Part shown: one piece after another, positions 59,272 to 64,000 of the stretch
How the letters are laid out: the number at the start of each line of letters is the position of its first letter
Numbering within the stretch: position 1 is the stretch's first letter
IMG/VR virus record: IMGVR_UViG_3300050821_003995
Span: 1-64,000 of that record
From: a virus
DNA length: 64,000 nucleotides
Direction: 5' to 3' (one strand)
Position numbers and translations under genes: made by a program
Notes under the pieces: generated by a model
The model's database searches: none
The model's input: only the letters and a program-made list of their open reading frames with translations
Told to the model about the DNA's origin: nothing

Positions 59272-60015
59272 GTGACCAGCAAGCTTGAAAATGAACTGAT
59301 CAAGAAGACCAAATTTGAAGCCCCAAAGGGGGGCTATGATGATCGGCAAGATCATCTTGCGGCTTTGGCCCGCACCGGCAACAAGCTGACCGACGCGCAG
59401 TTCGACAAACTTACCGATGATGCCGCGAACTGGGTCACCGACGCGATCAAGGCCCTCAACGGCAAACGTGAAATTGAGGAGTTCAGTGACTATAAGGATG
59501 ACGAAGCAGGTGAAAGCGCTGACGAAGCTGGCGATGACGAAGCTTCTGCAAGTGGCGACGATGAAGCCACCGAGGCCGATGACAGTGACGGCGCTGAAGC
59601 TGATAGTGGGGATGATGCGGACGCCGAGAGTGAAAACGAAGCGGCGGAAGCAGCGGCGGATGCCAAGTCCGCTAAGCGCAAGACAGCTAAAAAGGCTGGG
59701 GCTACCGATAAAAAACCCGAAAAGCCGTTACGGGAAAACTCGCCGAACAAAAGGCCAAAGCTGAGGGACTACAGCGGCGTTGACGCTGCCAAGAAGGACC
59801 GCTTTGGGGTGGTGATTGGCACCAAGACCCATGATGCCATCAAGATGTACGAAGTCGGTTGTACCTCCACTGAAATCAAGAAGGAGCTAGATGGGCGGTT
59901 TTACAACATCCTCAAAGTCATGGAGGACAAGGGCCACCGGGTGGAGCGGTTCCCTGGCGGCAAATTCAAGCTAACGCATCGTGAAGATTTGCCCAAAGCC
60001 AAAGGCAAGAAGTAA
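59272..60015 (+). CDS. acidic-linker protein with C-terminal winged helix paralogous to 43629
   Basis: Asp/Glu-rich centre; DRFG..K..AIKMY..G.T..EIKKEL..NIL..KGHRV. Confidence 0.7.
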   Translation: MTSKLENELIKKTKFEAPKGGYDDRQDHLAALARTGNKLTDAQFDKLTDDAANWVTDAIKALNGKREIEEFSDYKDDEAGESADEAGDDEASASGDDEATEADDSDGAEADSGDDADAESENEAAEAAADAKSAKRKTAKKAGATDKKPEKPLRENSPNKRPKLRDYSGVDAAKKDRFGVVIGTKTHDAIKMYEVGCTSTEIKKELDGRFYNILKVMEDKGHRVERFPGGKFKLTHREDLPKAKGKK

Positions 60016-60016
60016 C

Positions 60017-60295
60017 ATGGGCAAAGCCGACGAAATGGTGGCACGCAAGCGCCACAACAAAGCCGTCATGGACCTGCCGGCCACGTTCTGCAATACGGTA
60101 GAGTTCAACTTAAGCGAATTGGGGCTACGCTTCACCTTTGGGGAGCTGCCACTAATTGACGGTGAGGAAGCAACCTATCGAGTTGCTATATTCATACCTG
60201 CTTCAATGGTAGCCGGCATGAGCCAAACCCTGGTCAAAATTCAACAGGATCAAGCAGCCAAGCAGCAAAAGGCCAAAGATGCTCTACAAAACTAA
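60017..60295 (+). CDS. hypothetical protein
   Basis: PATFCN...LRFTFGE pattern. Confidence 0.55.
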   Translation: MGKADEMVARKRHNKAVMDLPATFCNTVEFNLSELGLRFTFGELPLIDGEEATYRVAIFIPASMVAGMSQTLVKIQQDQAAKQQKAKDALQN

Positions 60296-62318
60296 AGCGG
60301 GCGGCAGGACCCTATATAAAAGCCGCCCGCTGCTGCTCAGCCCCCAGCAAGCCTATACGCGCCCCAGCCCCGGCAAAGCGTGGTTCATGACCACAACTAG
60401 CGTCTGGCGCGTGGACGAAATTATCAAGCGCAGAGTACGTGATTGGCGACGCCTGACTGGTGAAACAGGGCATGACGGCGAACGATCAGAAACCATGAGG
60501 GCAGATCATGACTCGGTTTACACCGGAACGCATAGCGTATTCCCGGCACCTTTGGTGGAGTGGATTCTTCTGCGGTATGGCGGCGCTTCTGGTGGCCGAA
60601 TTCTTGATGCTTTTGCTGGTGGTCCTCCGCGTGGTCTAGTAGCCACAATCATGGGATATTCCTATGTAGGTTTTGAAATTCGACAGGAGCAGATCGATGA
60701 GAATTGTAAGACCCTCAAAGAGCTTCAACTCGAAGGCGCACGGTATATCTGTGGCGATGGGCGCTATTTACAGCCGCAGGAAGACCTTGGTACCTTTGAT
60801 GCGGCTATCACGTGTCACCCGGCAGACACAAAAATTACGACCGCATCAGGCATCAAACCAATTGATGCTGTCACTACCGACGACTGGGTCTTCACTCACA
60901 CAGGAAGCTTCAAACCAGTCACCGAAAAACTGATTAGGCACTATGACGGTAAGCTTTACTCATTCTATCGTGACTACAAAGATTTACCTTTACGTGCCAC
61001 AGCAGAACATCCCCTTTTGATAAGCAGACGTGGTTTTGTCAGTTGGACACGTGCCGATGAAGTACAGGTAGGGGATTGTCTCCTGGAACCAGTCAAACAC
61101 GAGCCTAGAATAAAAATTGACGGTGGCCTTATATGGAAACATACCTACCCAGTCGGACGCAGCGGCCGGAAATTACGTGGGCGTGACAAAGTCTACGCAA
61201 CCAAAGATGTGCTTCGTCTAATAGGTTACTTCCTTGCCGAAGGAAACACAAACAATAGAACAGTGCATTTTGCATTTAATGCAATAGAAAATAAATATAA
61301 AGCAGAAGTTGTGCGTTCATTTCGACGGACATTTTTTAGCAACACCTCTCTAAAAATTGCACGTAAGACCACTCACAGTATAGAAGGTCATAGTTCGGCA
61401 GCAGCACAATTCTTTGACGCCAATTGTGGGCGCGGGGCATCTAACAAGCACTTTCCTGGGTGGGTATGGGGCTGCTCTGATAAGTACCTTACAGAACTGC
61501 TTAAAGCTCTTTGGAATGGTGATGGATGGATGGAACGAAATAGCCCATCACAATTGGGGCACACGCGGTTCGGTTATGCCACCGTATCAGAACAATTGGC
61601 AGAGGATATTCGTCATCTGTTAATACGGTTAGGTGTAGTCCCCTCAGTAAGGGTCAGACCGCCACGGGCCAAAGGTCTTTTCACAGATGGAAAATATCAC
61701 GTTTTCAAATCAGTACTTCCCCAATACAATCTAACAGTGAGGGGAATATATGCAGATAAACTTGCTCAGATATTGGGGGTTAGAATACAAAAATCAAAAA
61801 CGAAACGAAGGCCATCCCGTAGCCCACAACTCACAAAAGATTATGTGCTATACCCAATTCGTTTAATAACCAAACGAAGGGTTAGTAATCTCCAAGTGTT
61901 TAACTTAGAGGTTGCCCACCACCATTCCTACGTTGCTGATGGGGTATGTTCTCATAATTGCCCGCCATATTTCGATCTCGAAAAGTACAGTGACCGGGCC
62001 GACGACCTCAGCAACCTCGCCACCTACGAACAATTCAACTACGGAATGTTTGCTACCGCTTTGGCCCACAAAGCCCTGATGAAGCCCGGTGCCTTTGTGT
62101 GCATTGTGGTGGGTAATTTCAGGGACAAAGAAGGCGAACTCATAGATTTTAGGGCACATACGGTTGAGAACTTCCGAGAGGTTGGTTTTGTGTTTTGGCA
62201 GGACATCATTCTGAGCAAGAACTTCGGCAGCGCTGCGCAACGCAGCACCAACTCCTGGAAAGGGCACAAGCTCGTGCCCATTCACGAACACCTACTCATT
62301 TTTCGTCAACCGGAGTAG
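60279..62318 (+). CDS. DNA amino-methyltransferase (m4C/m6A) with intein; 297 aa after splicing
   Basis: ILDAFAG motif I; spliced motif IV T-CPPY; HEHLLIF. Confidence 0.88.
   Translation: MLYKTKAGGRTLYKSRPLLLSPQQAYTRPSPGKAWFMTTTSVWRVDEIIKRRVRDWRRLTGETGHDGERSETMRADHDSVYTGTHSVFPAPLVEWILLRYGGASGGRILDAFAGGPPRGLVATIMGYSYVGFEIRQEQIDENCKTLKELQLEGARYICGDGRYLQPQEDLGTFDAAITCHPADTKITTASGIKPIDAVTTDDWVFTHTGSFKPVTEKLIRHYDGKLYSFYRDYKDLPLRATAEHPLLISRRGFVSWTRADEVQVGDCLLEPVKHEPRIKIDGGLIWKHTYPVGRSGRKLRGRDKVYATKDVLRLIGYFLAEGNTNNRTVHFAFNAIENKYKAEVVRSFRRTFFSNTSLKIARKTTHSIEGHSSAAAQFFDANCGRGASNKHFPGWVWGCSDKYLTELLKALWNGDGWMERNSPSQLGHTRFGYATVSEQLAEDIRHLLIRLGVVPSVRVRPPRAKGLFTDGKYHVFKSVLPQYNLTVRGIYADKLAQILGVRIQKSKTKRRPSRSPQLTKDYVLYPIRLITKRRVSNLQVFNLEVAHHHSYVADGVCSHNCPPYFDLEKYSDRADDLSNLATYEQFNYGMFATALAHKALMKPGAFVCIVVGNFRDKEGELIDFRAHTVENFREVGFVFWQDIILSKNFGSAAQRSTNSWKGHKLVPIHEHLLIFRQPE
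60813..61958 (+). mobile_element. intein with LAGLIDADG endonuclease (382 aa)
   Basis: Starts CHPADTKI; block B TAEHP; LIGYFLAEG and LWNGDG; ends VFNLEV...SHN followed by Cys. Confidence 0.93.
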
Positions 62319-62321
62319 CCT

Positions 62322-62600
62322 ATGTCTGACACCTTCAAATGTCCCGCATGCGGCTTTGGCAGCATGATGGTAATGGACAGCCGGCCCTCCAAAGTTGGTG
62401 AGGAACCGGCCGTGCGCAGGCGGCGCAAGTGCAAGAACTGCGATACCCGAATAACCACCTATGAAATTGCCGGTGCACAGGATATTGAAGACCTGAGATT
62501 TTCATTGGGACGTATCATAGGGTTGGCCCGCAATGCCCAAAGTGCTTTGACCATTCTGCTGGATCAATATGAACCCCTGAGAGCAAGGCTTGACCGATGA
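62322..62600 (+). CDS. NrdR-like Zn-ribbon protein
   Basis: CPACG..VMDSR..VRRRRKCKNC..RITTYE; no ATP cone. Confidence 0.8.
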   Translation: MSDTFKCPACGFGSMMVMDSRPSKVGEEPAVRRRRKCKNCDTRITTYEIAGAQDIEDLRFSLGRIIGLARNAQSALTILLDQYEPLRARLDR

Positions 62601-63082
62601 GATTAATTGACCTAACCGGGCAAAAATTTGGTTTGTTAACTGTCCTCAAGCGTGGGCCAAATGCTACCGGTCACCATACTAGATGGTGGTGTCGTTGTGA
62701 ATGTGGAAGTAAAAGCCTGATACAGGCTGTTTCACTACGAAGCGGTGATTCTACTGCTTGTGATGCCAACATACATCGGAAAGGGAATAATAAAACCCAT
62801 GGGTACAGTAAGACAAAAACCTATTATGTCTGGTGGTTTATGATCCAACGTTGTCACAATGAGAATGTGCCATGTTTTGAGCGCTATGGTGGACGAGGAA
62901 TTTACGTTAGCCAAAGATGGATTAAATTTGAGAATTTCCTTGCTGATATGGGACCAAAGCCGGAAGGCTTAACATTGGAACGGATTGACAACGACGGCCC
63001 TTACAGTCGTAAAAATTGCAAATGGGCCACCAATGCAGAACAACAACTAAATAAACGTCCTAAAAGAAAGAAAATAACATGA
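62597..63082 (+). CDS. HNH homing endonuclease
   Basis: DLTGQKFG.L..WWCRCECG..YGGRGI..LERIDNDGPYS..NCKWAT. Confidence 0.85.
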   Translation: MRLIDLTGQKFGLLTVLKRGPNATGHHTRWWCRCECGSKSLIQAVSLRSGDSTACDANIHRKGNNKTHGYSKTKTYYVWWFMIQRCHNENVPCFERYGGRGIYVSQRWIKFENFLADMGPKPEGLTLERIDNDGPYSRKNCKWATNAEQQLNKRPKRKKIT

Positions 63083-64000
63083 ATAGAACTGAGTTGGTGG
63101 CAAAATTAGAACTTGTGAGCTACGCCCTTGCACAAAATAATCTTGTCCCGGTATTTGAATGTTTCTGTTTCAACACAAAGACAGTAAGTTGTTATAACGA
63201 TGCACTTGCCATTATTGCGCCGTGCAAAACCAAGGATGCCTTTGCGGTCAATGGCAGCACGCTGTTGGGGCTGCTGAAAAACAGTCATGCGGACGAAGTT
63301 GAATTCTCAATTGAGAACAAAGAGGACGTCAGCATCAAAACCGGTAAGAGCCGCTTCAAGCTGCCCTATTTCACCAAGAATGAGTTCTTGTTTGAACCGG
63401 TAGATGATACTTGGGACAACAGCCTGCCAATTGACGAAGCTTTTCTGAAAGGGCTTGAAGCGTGCCTGTTGACCTCCTCACGTGACTTGGCCCAACCCGC
63501 ATGGCTAGGCGTGAGCCTTCAGCCCAAGGGCAAGCGCATGGCACTGTATTCCTGTGACGGTGATGGTGTCACCCGGCACGTAACCGGCACCAAGGCCACG
63601 GACGTGACCGCCATGCTGCCAAACGCCTTTTGTGAGGCTGTGCTCCGTACCTGCAAAGAGACCGACTGCAAAACCGGCACCTTGAGTATCAACGCTGATT
63701 GGGCCAAGGCTGACCTGGGGGCCTATATCATCCTGGGGCGCTTGATTGAAATATCTACCCCAGTTGATTTTGAACATGAGATTGAGAACACCTTGAAGGG
63801 TGAGCCTGCGTTCATACCGCTGCCCAAGGGGCTGGATCACGCGCTATCACGTGCGCGGGTCATTGCCGATCCTGAAAGTGCCAAAACGTCGCTAGAAGTA
63901 GGTGAGGGTAAGCTTTACCTTTATACAGAAACACAAATGGGTTTGGTCAAGGACGTATTGCCGTGCCCCAAACACGCAGAGGTGACTGCCGACGTATTTG
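63079..64000 (+). CDS. DNA polymerase sliding clamp (beta/DnaN-like), partial
   Basis: Manual translation MNRTELVAKLELVSYAL..VPVFECFCF..LLGLLKN..FKLP..LYSCDG; open to the window end. Confidence 0.7.
   Translation, partial: MNRTELVAKLELVSYALAQNNLVPVFECFCFNTKTVSCYNDALAIIAPCKTKDAFAVNGSTLLGLLKNSHADEVEFSIENKEDVSIKTGKSRFKLPYFTKNEFLFEPVDDTWDNSLPIDEAFLKGLEACLLTSSRDLAQPAWLGVSLQPKGKRMALYSCDGDGVTRHVTGTKATDVTAMLPNAFCEAVLRTCKETDCKTGTLSINADWAKADLGAYIILGRLIEISTPVDFEHEIENTLKGEPAFIPLPKGLDHALSRARVIADPESAKTSLEVGEGKLYLYTETQMGLVKDVLPCPKHAEVTADVF

Noticed and set aside
1-64000. tRNA, rRNA or integrase genes
   Set aside because: No convincing cloverleaf, rRNA or recombinase motif recognised by eye; tRNAscan-SE would be needed to exclude tRNAs.

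Overview
This window is 64 kb of a tailed dsDNA phage genome, probably a large podovirus of an alphaproteobacterial host (it carries GcrA, a cold-shock protein and RlpA). A minus-strand late arm (about 1-28.9 kb) encodes the terminase subunits, portal, scaffold, capsid, adaptor/nozzle and candidate ejection proteins. A mixed accessory zone follows (about 29-36.5 kb). A plus-strand early/replication arm (36.6-64 kb) encodes a MoxR-AAA/VWA pair, DnaB, SNF2, GcrA, primase, a sigma-like protein, an intein-split DNA methyltransferase and a beta-clamp. Main observations: (1) The major capsid gene, which the ORF track misses, is split into 5 exons by four group I introns. One intron carries an antisense HNH gene, and a free-standing GIY-YIG+HNH fusion gene follows. 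(2) A separate His/Gly/Lys-rich protein begins with a synonymously recoded copy of the capsid N-arm. (3) Three families of small proteins each share only a short peptide motif. (4) Sharply bounded DNA tracts contain GA only as TGA and TC only as TCA. (5) Two fibre-like virion proteins carry Sec signal peptides. (6) Several structured non-coding regions are present. All family assignments come from motifs recognised by eye; no database search was run.
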